From Alphaproteobacteria bacterium (lineage in GTDB: Bacteria; Pseudomonadota; Alphaproteobacteria; Rs-D84), in contig JAFZIM010000049.1 in NCBI GenBank assembly GCA_017554365.1, positions 1 to 40,432 on the forward strand: a stretch of 40,432 nucleotides of DNA, read 5' to 3'. Position numbers and translations under genes: made by a program. The stretch's first letter is position 1. Every line of letters starts with the position of its first letter. This document shows positions 18,416 to 27,109 of this stretch, piece by piece. The notes beneath the pieces were generated by a model. The model was not told the DNA's origin, ran no database searches, and saw only the letters and a list, made by a program, of their open reading frames with translations.

Positions 18416-19715
18416 CTAATTTCTTTATTGCCTGAGCAGACATTAAAATATCATATTTTGCCTTTAATACAGCCATATCTGTTTGATATAAAGCACTTGA
18501 AACATCTGATAATTCTATGGCAGAAGTTTGACCTGTAGCAAAACGATTTACAGAAACATCGTATGCTTTTTGTGCCAAATTATATGCTTCATTTAATTTA
18601 TCAAGATTATTGCAAAGGTGTTTATATTTATTTACAGCCGTATTATATTCTTCTGTTTTTAATTTCTTGGATTTATCTAAATCTTGACGGGCAGATTCTG
18701 CATTCATCGCTTCTATGGTTGCATTAGCAGAATGAATTCCACCATTAAACAAAGGAACCTTTAACGCCAATCCCCAATATGCAGATTGATCACCTTTTCT
18801 GTCGAACATATTTCCAACTTCTGTTCCCATCGCATAATAGGAATAAGAACCCACAGCAGCCAATGTAGGCAACATACCGGAACGTTTAGAAGACGCATTT
18901 GATTCATACAATTTAATTTGTTTTTGATAAATATCCCATTCAGGATTTGATTTTAATTGTTTTTCTTCAATCGCCCCAAATTTATCTGGAAATTCATCTG
19001 TTAAAACAATTGTTTCGTTTATATCAATGCCTGACATAATTTTCAACATTCTGTATGCAGTATCACGATTAAATTCTGCATCAGACAAATTGATTTCTTT
19101 GCGTGCAATATCTGATTCTATTTTTATTAAATTACTGCGATTAGCACGTCCAGCTGCAGTTAATTTCTTTTTTGCAACACGTGCATTATTTAAATCTTTT
19201 TGGCTGGCACGAACAATACCATCTGTCATCTTTGCAGTCCAATAAAGATTTGCAGCGGCATATTTCACTTCACGCAAAGTTAAATCTTTTGCAGATTTAG
19301 AAATATCAATTGCATCATGCATTGCATCAACTGCATTACCTATTTTTCCAAAAGTATATATTGGTTGTGTTATCTGAATTTCTGCCATAACCATATTATC
19401 TGGTATTTCTGATACAGGCAAAATATGTCCCAACAAAGCACCAATATCAGATGGAATTTTCACACCTTGACTATTAGTTGGATTCGTAGGGTCAAATAAA
19501 TTCATATAAGAAATTGTCCCATCAATAGACATCCAACGATTTGCATTTACTGCGCTTAATTGTGCTTTTGCCTTTTTTATATTTGCATCTGCAGTTTTAA
19601 CATCATTGGATTCTTTAACGACTTTATCAACAACGTCTTGTAATGATAAATCAAGCGCATAAGCATTTGGCAAAACCATAATCGCACTTATCAAAGCCAA
19701 TAAAAATTTACGCAT
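18408..19715 (-). CDS. TolC-family outer membrane channel
   Basis: Signal peptide, QPIYTFGK, LPTL, VPLFNGG, RFATGQTSAIEL repeats of the outer membrane efflux fold. Confidence 0.93.
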   Translation of the reverse strand: MRKFLLALISAIMVLPNAYALDLSLQDVVDKVVKESNDVKTADANIKKAKAQLSAVNANRWMSIDGTISYMNLFDPTNPTNSQGVKIPSDIGALLGHILPVSEIPDNMVMAEIQITQPIYTFGKIGNAVDAMHDAIDISKSAKDLTLREVKYAAANLYWTAKMTDGIVRASQKDLNNARVAKKKLTAAGRANRSNLIKIESDIARKEINLSDAEFNRDTAYRMLKIMSGIDINETIVLTDEFPDKFGAIEEKQLKSNPEWDIYQKQIKLYESNASSKRSGMLPTLAAVGSYSYYAMGTEVGNMFDRKGDQSAYWGLALKVPLFNGGIHSANATIEAMNAESARQDLDKSKKLKTEEYNTAVNKYKHLCNNLDKLNEAYNLAQKAYDVSVNRFATGQTSAIELSDVSSALYQTDMAVLKAKYDILMSAQAIKKLGE

Positions 19716-20157
19716 TTGCTGCCTCCAATTTCTTTAAAAGACCATTCATAGTTTTAACCGTTTCAGCCAAAGCATCTTCATCTTCTTCTGGCAATGCCTT
19801 GCACAAAGATTCAACACCTTTCATAAATTTATCTATTAATTTTTCAGCCAATGCTTTGCCTGATTTGCTTACTTCATACCAAGTATCCCTGTGGTCATTT
19901 TCATCGATAGAACGAACAACTAATTTATCTGCTTCAAGTTTTCTAAATACTGAACATAAATTAGCAGTAGAAATAACTTCGCGGTTTGCAAAATCTTTCA
20001 ATTTGATTTTTCCAGCCAAATACAAACGCACCAAAACAGACATCTGTTGTCTTGAATTTTTAGACACTTCTTCAAAAAGCAAATTTAACCTGCTTGATAA
20101 ACGACCAATTATACGCATATTTTCGGCCATTAATTGTGTCACTTCTGTATGAGTCAT
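19708..20157 (-). CDS. MarR-family transcriptional regulator
   Basis: wHTH with LE...LVVR..DE.D.R...Y..S..G; first gene of the efflux operon. Confidence 0.9.
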   Translation of the reverse strand: MTHTEVTQLMAENMRIIGRLSSRLNLLFEEVSKNSRQQMSVLVRLYLAGKIKLKDFANREVISTANLCSVFRKLEADKLVVRSIDENDHRDTWYEVSKSGKALAEKLIDKFMKGVESLCKALPEEDEDALAETVKTMNGLLKKLEAANA

Positions 20158-20188
20158 ATTATAAATCCTTTTAATTATTTACAAATTA

Positions 20189-20211
20189 AATCATTAAAAA
20201 CTTTAATGATT
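20189..20211. promoter_or_regulatory. Probable MarR operator overlapping the -10/TSS of the marR promoter
   Basis: Perfect 10-bp inverted repeat AATCATTAAA-AAC-TTTAATGATT; minus-strand TTGCAT (20236-20231), 16 nt, TATAAT (20214-20209). Confidence 0.72.
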
Positions 20212-20295
20212 ATATATTTTTACAAAAAAAATGCAAGCAGTATTTTATAATTTTTTTACGCGATTTATGGTAGAATTGTATAAAAGGTATAAAAC

Positions 20296-20877
20296 ATGAA
20301 AAGCAAAGTTTTTAAATCTGGCACAAAATCTGTAAAACAAATGGGAACTATGTATTATCATGGTTCTGACACTGAAATTATCGGTAATGTTTTACAACCC
20401 AAAAAACAAAAAACACATGACCACGACAAAATTGTTAATGCTGTTTTTCTGAGTCCAGATATAACTTATTCAAAATTATTTGCGATACGCAAATGTATTG
20501 GTGGCGACGGGGAAATTTTAATAACTTTCAATGACACAGACGGAAAAAATAGAATATACCTTAATCAATTATCAAAACACATAAAACCCTATTTTTATAT
20601 TTATAGTGCGAAAGAATCTAAAACCAGCCCATTTATCCGTGATTCATACAAAGAATATTATTCTTTAAGTCCAGTCGACATAATTGAAAAAAAGAAACTT
20701 AGCGTCGTCAAAGAATTAAGTAAATTAAATTGCGAAGTTTATATACTCGACGAACCAATCAAAGACCACAAAGTCGGAAAACACCACCGCGTTGACTTAA
20801 AAGACATCATATCCAACCAGCCAGGCAATTCAGTTATAAACACAATACGCACAATGGCTGATTTTATAAGATATTAA
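20296..20877 (+). CDS. Hypothetical protein, probable ADP-ribosyltransferase-like fold
   Basis: SD AAGG; YYHGS...LQP, VFLSPD..YS.LFA, YIY, EYYS..PV.II pattern. Confidence 0.6.
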   Translation: MKSKVFKSGTKSVKQMGTMYYHGSDTEIIGNVLQPKKQKTHDHDKIVNAVFLSPDITYSKLFAIRKCIGGDGEILITFNDTDGKNRIYLNQLSKHIKPYFYIYSAKESKTSPFIRDSYKEYYSLSPVDIIEKKKLSVVKELSKLNCEVYILDEPIKDHKVGKHHRVDLKDIISNQPGNSVINTIRTMADFIRY

Positions 20878-20896
20878 GATAAATCGAAAATTTTTA

Positions 20897-20924
20897 TTGC
20901 AAAAGCAAAGAAAGTATATATAAT
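20897..20924 (+). promoter_or_regulatory. Promoter of tRNA-Gln
   Basis: TTGCAA, 16 nt, TATAAT, 12 nt upstream of the tRNA. Confidence 0.65.
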
Positions 20925-20936
20925 AACCAAAGTCAT

Positions 20937-21010
20937 TGGAGCGTCGTCTAATGGTAGGACAAGAGATTTTGGTTCTCTTTATCATGGTTCGAATCCGTGC
21001 GCTCCAACCA
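20937..21010 (+). tRNA. tRNA-Gln (TTG)
   Basis: Acceptor TGGAGCG/CGCTCCA (U1-A72), anticodon arm AGAGA-TTTTGGT-TCTCT, GGTTCGAATCC T-arm, encoded CCA. Confidence 0.96.
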
Positions 21011-21015
21011 AAATT

Positions 21016-21042
21016 AAAAAGCACCCTTTTGGGTGATTTTTT
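21016..21042. terminator. Bidirectional intrinsic terminator
   Basis: A-tract, CACCC-TTTT-GGGTG, T-tract. Confidence 0.7.
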
Positions 21043-21721
21043 ATTTCTTGGCGAATTCGTCTATTAAAACATTTACATCTTTCATATTATTGCAAACACC
21101 GATAACACCATGACTTTTGCAAATTTCTTCATATTCAGGCGTATTATTACCGGTTGCACCTGTGAATGCTATACATGCCATATTTGCAGATTTTGCCGCC
21201 AGAAAATCATTAACACTATCACCTATGACAACACAATCTTTGGCATCATAATTTTTAGTTTTAGCGGCTAATAAAAATATATCTGGGTTTGGTTTCCCAT
21301 GTTCAACCATATCTATGGTAAAGAAATCAGATTCTGACATATATTTTTTTATCCACTGAAATTGTGTCATTTTCCATTTATGTTGTTCTGCCGTTGCACC
21401 TGTTGCAATACAATGTTCAAATTTATCGTTTGCCATTACATTTTCAACACCATCAATTGCAACCATATAATTCGTCCCAAAGAAAACTTCTTTTTCAGAA
21501 ATTTTGTTCATAAAATCATCATCAAGTTTCAAATTTGGTATATATTTTTCTAATCTTTCACGACGCGTTTTATCAGAAACCCCGACCAATAAATCTTGCT
21601 TTTCTTTATCTGATAAATTTATATTTTTTTCGTCTGATAATACTTCGTCCCACGCACGAACCCATAATTTTTCGCTATCTGCAATAACACCATCAAAATC
21701 CCATATCATTAATTTTTTCAT
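21041..21721 (-). CDS. HAD-IA family phosphatase (beta-PGM/CbbY-like)
   Basis: WDFDGVIADSE, IATG, GKPNPDIFL, IGDS..D..AA..A.M. Confidence 0.92.
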   Translation of the reverse strand: MKKLMIWDFDGVIADSEKLWVRAWDEVLSDEKNINLSDKEKQDLLVGVSDKTRRERLEKYIPNLKLDDDFMNKISEKEVFFGTNYMVAIDGVENVMANDKFEHCIATGATAEQHKWKMTQFQWIKKYMSESDFFTIDMVEHGKPNPDIFLLAAKTKNYDAKDCVVIGDSVNDFLAAKSANMACIAFTGATGNNTPEYEEICKSHGVIGVCNNMKDVNVLIDEFAKK

Positions 21722-22509
21722 ATTATTTCGTGTCCTTTTTGTGTTTTTTGTATTACATCTGTAATTGAATAATTTTTATTTCTTTCAAATAAGTTATTTA
21801 TTTCTTCATCCGACAACACAGGTGGATTTTCAACAAAATCGACCCAATTATCTGATTCTGATAATCTTTGTGCGATTTCACTGGCGACTATGCCACATAC
21901 ATTTTTTCTGCGAGAAATTGGTTTTACATTTTTCATAGTTGTTATATTTTCGTAATGTAAAAATTGCTTGCAATATTGTTTCAAAGCAACCAACAACAAA
22001 TCTATCATGTCTGAATAATCAAAATTTTTATCATACGATATTGTATCTTCTTTATTCATCGCATGTTGTTCAAGAATTACTATGTTCACAGAACTATTTT
22101 CAGGATTAAAATCAAAACCCATCACAGCATAATGTGCTTCACGTGAATCGCCAGGTATCAATAACATTGGAACGATTAATTTATGTTTTTCTTTTATTTC
22201 ATTTACATTATAAAACCTTAATAATTCCAACCAATACCAATCATTTTTTCTTATTTGTATCGCGCCAGTAATCGTATTTTGATATTTATTTATCGCCTGA
22301 TTTGCCAAATTAAAATCATATTCCATATTCTTTAAAACATATTTAAACAGACCCGCTAGATCAAAATAATTTGCACCATGTTGATTTGCATATTGTTTTG
22401 CCAAAAAATTGACATCTGAAACACTATATGGTTTATCGATTGATTTATCATATAATTTATTTGGTTCAGTATGTGCCGATATAACTAAATTCGCGTTTTT
22501 TTCATCCAT
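21718..22509 (-). CDS. Hypothetical protein, candidate CE-clan (Ulp1/C48-like) cysteine protease
   Basis: IVPML...AHYAVMGFD...IVILEQH...NVCGIV; H126-E147-C205 in CE-clan order. Confidence 0.55.
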   Translation of the reverse strand: MDEKNANLVISAHTEPNKLYDKSIDKPYSVSDVNFLAKQYANQHGANYFDLAGLFKYVLKNMEYDFNLANQAINKYQNTITGAIQIRKNDWYWLELLRFYNVNEIKEKHKLIVPMLLIPGDSREAHYAVMGFDFNPENSSVNIVILEQHAMNKEDTISYDKNFDYSDMIDLLLVALKQYCKQFLHYENITTMKNVKPISRRKNVCGIVASEIAQRLSESDNWVDFVENPPVLSDEEINNLFERNKNYSITDVIQKTQKGHEII

Positions 22510-22573
22510 GTTTTAACCTTAGACATTTAATATTTTACCATATTTTTATGATTTATGATATAATCATTATTAT

Positions 22574-23251
22574 ATGAAACAAGAAATTTATATTTTTAGG
22601 CACGGAGAATCCGATTATAATGCTGAAAATCGTATTCAGGGCTGGCTGGATATACCTTTGAATAAAACAGGCACAAGACAGGCAAAAAAATTAGCCAAAA
22701 TTTTATCAACCATAAATTTTGATTGTATTTATACATCGCCTTTGTCACGTGCATTACAGACGGCGACCATGGTTGCAAAACCAAAGAATACAAAAATCAT
22801 TGTCAAAGACGGCCTTCGCGAAAGGGGTTTCGGTGATTTTTCTGGTAAAACATTACGTATACTTGATTTACCAAAAGATTTTCCAATTAATACAAATCAC
22901 GAAATTATAAATATACCTTTGTCTTTAATCAAAGACGCTAATTATATACCACCAAATGGCGAAAGTTATAATATGTTCCGTCAACGCGTATATGATATTA
23001 TGAATGAAATATTACAAAACAACAAAGAAGCAAAAACAATCGGCATTTCGACACATGGTGGGGTTATAGGAATATTCATCAAAGAATATGCAAATTTGTC
23101 TTTGCCACGCGGTGGTGTTCCAAATGCAGAATATGTAAAATTAGAATACGACGGCCAAAAATTTACTATGCCAGAACCACCACATTGGACAATTCAAAAT
23201 AATTTCACAAAAATTTTAAATAAAATTTTGACTTCTATGCATATCAAATAA
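22574..23251 (+). CDS. Histidine phosphatase (phosphoglycerate mutase-like) family protein
   Basis: RHGES..N, TSPLSRALQTA, LRER.FG, GES, STHGG, PNA. Confidence 0.94.
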   Translation: MKQEIYIFRHGESDYNAENRIQGWLDIPLNKTGTRQAKKLAKILSTINFDCIYTSPLSRALQTATMVAKPKNTKIIVKDGLRERGFGDFSGKTLRILDLPKDFPINTNHEIINIPLSLIKDANYIPPNGESYNMFRQRVYDIMNEILQNNKEAKTIGISTHGGVIGIFIKEYANLSLPRGGVPNAEYVKLEYDGQKFTMPEPPHWTIQNNFTKILNKILTSMHIK

Positions 23252-23282
23252 AAAATGGGGAAATTAAAAAATTCCCCATTTT
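23251..23282. terminator. Bidirectional intrinsic terminator
   Basis: AAAATGGGGAA...TTCCCCATTTT inverted repeat between convergent genes. Confidence 0.8.
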
Positions 23283-23304
23283 GTTTATTTTTATTATACA
23301 ACTA

Positions 23305-24564
23305 TTATCGGCCCATATTCATGGTCGCAGCATATTCAGGATATTGTCCAATAATGTCCCAATATTTAAGAGCATTAAATGCAGTATAGTCAACATTAAA
23401 AAGACCTCTACTGGCTTCTTTTTTTGCATAACCTTCCATTTGAATTGCCATTAATGCTTCATTTTGAAGTGGGGTTATTTGTTTTCCGATAAGATACAAA
23501 CTAGAATAATCGTTTATTGTGAACATTTCATAGGCCTTTGCCTTGTTAGTATCACGAACAATTATTGTATCATTATTTCCGATTTGCGGGGCATAGCCAT
23601 ATTTTTCAAGTATTTGACAAACATATTCTATACCAGAAGATTTTATGAACTTAGTTTTTTGTTCAGGCCACAACGGAAATTGCTTGTATTCAGAATTTTT
23701 ATTGATATTTGAATATGTCTTTTGTTCATTATATTTTGAAAAACTATAATCAAATTCATATTCTTCAAATACCCTGTTAAGAACATCTGGTTTTATAGAA
23801 ATCTGAACCACACCATTTTGAACACGTGTCGCCTTTGTTATTACTGAACGTAATAAAGCCATCAAAACCAATCTTAAAACATCAACCCTGGTTGACCACC
23901 CATCAACATGCGGATCATCAGGAGGCGGCACAGAACCACTTTGATATTGCCGATTCCAATCTTGTGATGGTGGAGGTGGTGGATTACCGCCATTTCCACC
24001 CCCTGAATTATTACCGCCATTTCCACCGCCCGGATTTCCATTTGGGTTATTAGGTGGTGGAGGTGGTGCATAAGCATTTTCTGATCTGCGTTTTATATTT
24101 TCACGCGCAGGTATTTCACCATTTGCCAATAAAATATCCCTTACCTGCATTTTTGCGATTTCATAATGCCCTTCGCGATTACCATATACATCTTCTTCAA
24201 TAACACGTTGCAGAACGAGTAATTCTAAATTTGGATCTGCATTTTTAAGAACAGATACGAAATCTTGTCTGGATTCTAAGATAAATCGCATATTAGAAAC
24301 CCAAATATCATCAGGTATCAAATAACGATATTGATTTATCAAATATTCTATTTTATGCAATATAGCGTCTTCTACACCAAAAATTTCTGTTTCGCTATAT
24401 TCTATAGATGTAAGAATATCAAGCGCTTCTAGTACAACTTCTTCGGTTGGGTTATTATCAACAATTGTTCCTATTTTCAATGTTAAATCACCAATTGCCT
24501 TTGGCGATTTATCATACATTCCTGATTTTACTTTATTGAATATAACATCGGTCCACCTAGACAT
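23305..24564 (-). CDS. Hypothetical protein with central Pro/Gly/Asn low-complexity linker
   Basis: Long ORF; TTGAAA-17-TAAAAT promoter and AAGGGG SD support the start MSRWT at 24564. Confidence 0.8.
   Translation of the reverse strand: MSRWTDVIFNKVKSGMYDKSPKAIGDLTLKIGTIVDNNPTEEVVLEALDILTSIEYSETEIFGVEDAILHKIEYLINQYRYLIPDDIWVSNMRFILESRQDFVSVLKNADPNLELLVLQRVIEEDVYGNREGHYEIAKMQVRDILLANGEIPARENIKRRSENAYAPPPPPNNPNGNPGGGNGGNNSGGGNGGNPPPPPSQDWNRQYQSGSVPPPDDPHVDGWSTRVDVLRLVLMALLRSVITKATRVQNGVVQISIKPDVLNRVFEEYEFDYSFSKYNEQKTYSNINKNSEYKQFPLWPEQKTKFIKSSGIEYVCQILEKYGYAPQIGNNDTIIVRDTNKAKAYEMFTINDYSSLYLIGKQITPLQNEALMAIQMEGYAKKEASRGLFNVDYTAFNALKYWDIIGQYPEYAATMNMGR
23966..24068 (-). repeat. Coding low-complexity repeats (two polyproline runs; duplicated GGGNGGN)
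   Basis: ttaccgccatttccacc at 23984 and 24011; ggtggaggtggtg twice. Confidence 0.85.
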
Positions 24565-24627
24565 TTTATACCCCTTCATTTCATGGGTATATTTTACCAT
24601 AAAACGCCTGATTTTTCAAAATTATTA

Positions 24628-26010
24628 TTAAATATAAACTTCTTTATCTATATTTATATTTTTTACAAACATTTCATCATGTGAAACCAATAATATAGCA
24701 CCAGTATATTGATTTAGTGCGTCTTCTAATATAGATATACTTTTGGTTTCAAGATTATTTGTAGGTTCATCTAAAATCAACAAATCAGGTTGTGATGTTC
24801 CACCCAATACAGATGCCAAAGTCGCCTTTAACAATTCCCCACCAGATAAACAACCAACTTTCTTTGATGAACTATTTCCACGGAATCCAAAATTAGCGGC
24901 TATCACATGTGCATCATGATTTAAACAACCAGAAACTTCCATTATGTTTTCAATTATTGTTTTATTTTTATTTAACAAAGATAAATCTTGGTTTATATAT
25001 GCCATATCGCCATGTGTTTTTATAATCCCGTCTTTTGCAGTTAATTCACCCATAATTATTTTTATCAAAGTCGTTTTTCCAGAACCATTTTTTCCAACCA
25101 ATCTGATTCTTGATTTTCCATACATTACAAAATTGAATTTATCAAAAATCTTTTTATTTCCATATTCAAAAGACATATCTGAAATATTTATCAATTCTTT
25201 GCTATAAAAATCTTTCCTTGGCATTGGTATTTTTATTTTTTCATTTCGCATTTGTTCTGACAAAGATTGTTGAATTGATATTTGTTCTTCTAACTTCTTT
25301 TGAATAATGATACGTTTTTTTGCTTCTGTTTCCTGACTTTTACCCTTTAAAGCATTGGCAGCCAATCTGCTTCGTTTTGAATTATTGATTTCTTTTTTCT
25401 GTTTTGATTCATGATGCTGACGTGTATTTTGTGCGATATTCATTGTGTCATTTAATCTGTTAATAGATTTCTGGGCATTTGCATATTTAGAATTTAACAA
25501 TTCTATTTCACGTTCTTTCTGATTTATATAAAAATCATAATTACCGCCATAGGTTTTAATTTGCCCGTTTGATAATTCTATGATTTTATCCATTTGTTGC
25601 AAAAGTTCCCTGTCGTGTGAAACAACAACAATACCATTTGGATATGTATTTAAATGATTAAAAAATATTTGTTTTGAATCGCTATCAAGATTATTTGTCG
25701 GTTCATCAAGTAATAAAATATCTGCCCCTGATTCAAAAGCACGCATCAAAGCAAACATTTGTTGTTCACCCCCGCTTTTAGATTCAGAAACATTTATTTG
25801 ATTTAACAAAAACACATCTGCATTTTTATTTATTACCCCATTATCAGCAAATAAATCCCCTGACAACAATTTTAACAAAGTTGTTTTCCCAGAACCATTG
25901 TCGCCAATAATTGCCACGTGTTCGTTGTCATTAAAAGCAACATTAACACCATTCAACAAATTATTGTCGTCATATCCAAAATATACATTTGATAAAGAAA
26001 TGAAAGCCAT
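24628..26010 (-). CDS. ABC-F family ATPase (ribosomal protection-like)
   Basis: Two NBDs (GDNGSGKTT, GKNGSGKTT; SGGE; LDEPTNNL twice; SHD), long helical linker, no TM segments. Start MAFIS at 26010 after a GGGG SD. Confidence 0.92.
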   Translation of the reverse strand: MAFISLSNVYFGYDDNNLLNGVNVAFNDNEHVAIIGDNGSGKTTLLKLLSGDLFADNGVINKNADVFLLNQINVSESKSGGEQQMFALMRAFESGADILLLDEPTNNLDSDSKQIFFNHLNTYPNGIVVVSHDRELLQQMDKIIELSNGQIKTYGGNYDFYINQKEREIELLNSKYANAQKSINRLNDTMNIAQNTRQHHESKQKKEINNSKRSRLAANALKGKSQETEAKKRIIIQKKLEEQISIQQSLSEQMRNEKIKIPMPRKDFYSKELINISDMSFEYGNKKIFDKFNFVMYGKSRIRLVGKNGSGKTTLIKIIMGELTAKDGIIKTHGDMAYINQDLSLLNKNKTIIENIMEVSGCLNHDAHVIAANFGFRGNSSSKKVGCLSGGELLKATLASVLGGTSQPDLLILDEPTNNLETKSISILEDALNQYTGAILLVSHDEMFVKNINIDKEVYI

Positions 26011-26106
26011 AATAAAACCCCTATATTGCAATTAAACCAGCACATATTTTCTATGTGCAACAAATATAAAAATTACAATATTACATACGCATCGGGTTTT
26101 ATCCTT
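26011..26106 (-). promoter_or_regulatory. Translational attenuator leader with 3-codon uORF (MRM, 26092-26081)
   Basis: AAGGA SD, ATG CGT ATG TAA, and three nested stems that sequester the ABC-F SD. Confidence 0.72.
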
Positions 26107-26163
26107 TTTAATGATTACACATTATATTCTAGCAACCCAAATTCAAAAGTCAATTTTTATTGT

Positions 26164-26189
26164 AAAAACAAACCGCCCATTCGGGCGGT
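26164..26189 (-). terminator. Intrinsic terminator after the UDG-like gene
   Basis: ACCGCCC-GAAT-GGGCGGT followed by TTGTTTTT on the minus strand. Confidence 0.85.
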
Positions 26190-26195
26190 ATTGGT

Positions 26196-27095
26196 TTATG
26201 AATTTAAATTTTTAACCAATTCTTTTATTTTGTCTTGAAGTTGATTATATATTACTGGCCCTGCTTCTTCCGTTAATTTTAATGAAGCCCTTGCTGCTTT
26301 ACCACTAGTTTTATAAAAAACAACCCTATCACTAAATAATGTTTCAAGGTCTTTAAATTCAATTTTTCTGCCATTATAATTGAATTCTACCCCATTTAAA
26401 ACATTGTTTATTTCTGTTACATGTCTTAACACTAACAATGATTTTTTACCACTTATAACATCAGGGATAACATTGTCTTTTAAAAATTCTATCATTATTT
26501 TAATAGATGGCAAATTACTTATTATATTCTTAGAATCGTTCCATTTTTCAGAATGATAAGGACATAATTCCAAATCACAAACATTTTGTGCTATCAATTT
26601 TCTTGCTTCCGCAAAACAATCTATTTCTTCTGGTACCTGCCCTTTTAAATCACATGCAATTTTTTCTATTAAGTTTTCAAATTTTCCCCATACTTTTTTA
26701 TCATTTTGTTCTCTTTTAAACCAGTATCTACCACCACCTGTTTTTTCTAATTTTGGATCAAGATAATAAAATGGATATTGATTTGTTTGCTTAAAATTAT
26801 TTTTCCAAACATCTAATAAATCTTGTTTTTGCCAATTTTCATGTTCATCTTCCCCTGCCCCAGGATTCAAAGTGACAATATATATTTTTGCATTTTCAAT
26901 ATCACCCATAAATGGTTCACATGGCAAATCTTCATATAACAATGTATTTTTTGAATTATATACTGATAATTTTTTCGTTAATAAATTATTATCTTTCAAA
27001 ATTTGATAATCAGGTTTTGCTATATAATTACCTGTTGAAAAATTTTTAGATTCATTTTGCCAAAACGAAAGTAATACATTTGCTTTGTTTGCCAT
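26196..27095 (-). CDS. Uracil-DNA glycosylase-superfamily-like protein (Brig1-like candidate)
   Basis: PCEPFMGDIENAKIYIVTLNPG (UDG motif A-like), ELCPYHS, LLVLR; SD AAGGA. Confidence 0.6.
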   Translation of the reverse strand: MANKANVLLSFWQNESKNFSTGNYIAKPDYQILKDNNLLTKKLSVYNSKNTLLYEDLPCEPFMGDIENAKIYIVTLNPGAGEDEHENWQKQDLLDVWKNNFKQTNQYPFYYLDPKLEKTGGGRYWFKREQNDKKVWGKFENLIEKIACDLKGQVPEEIDCFAEARKLIAQNVCDLELCPYHSEKWNDSKNIISNLPSIKIMIEFLKDNVIPDVISGKKSLLVLRHVTEINNVLNGVEFNYNGRKIEFKDLETLFSDRVVFYKTSGKAARASLKLTEEAGPVIYNQLQDKIKELVKNLNS

Positions 27096-27109
27096 ATTTA
27101 TTCCTTTTT

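Noticed and set aside
20830-21024. 64-aa minus-strand ORF
   Set aside because: Overlaps tRNA-Gln on the opposite strand.
24567-24593. TATACCC...GGGTATA hairpin over the SD of the polyproline gene
   Set aside because: The 5' arm lies between the -10 and the expected TSS, so it probably does not form in RNA.
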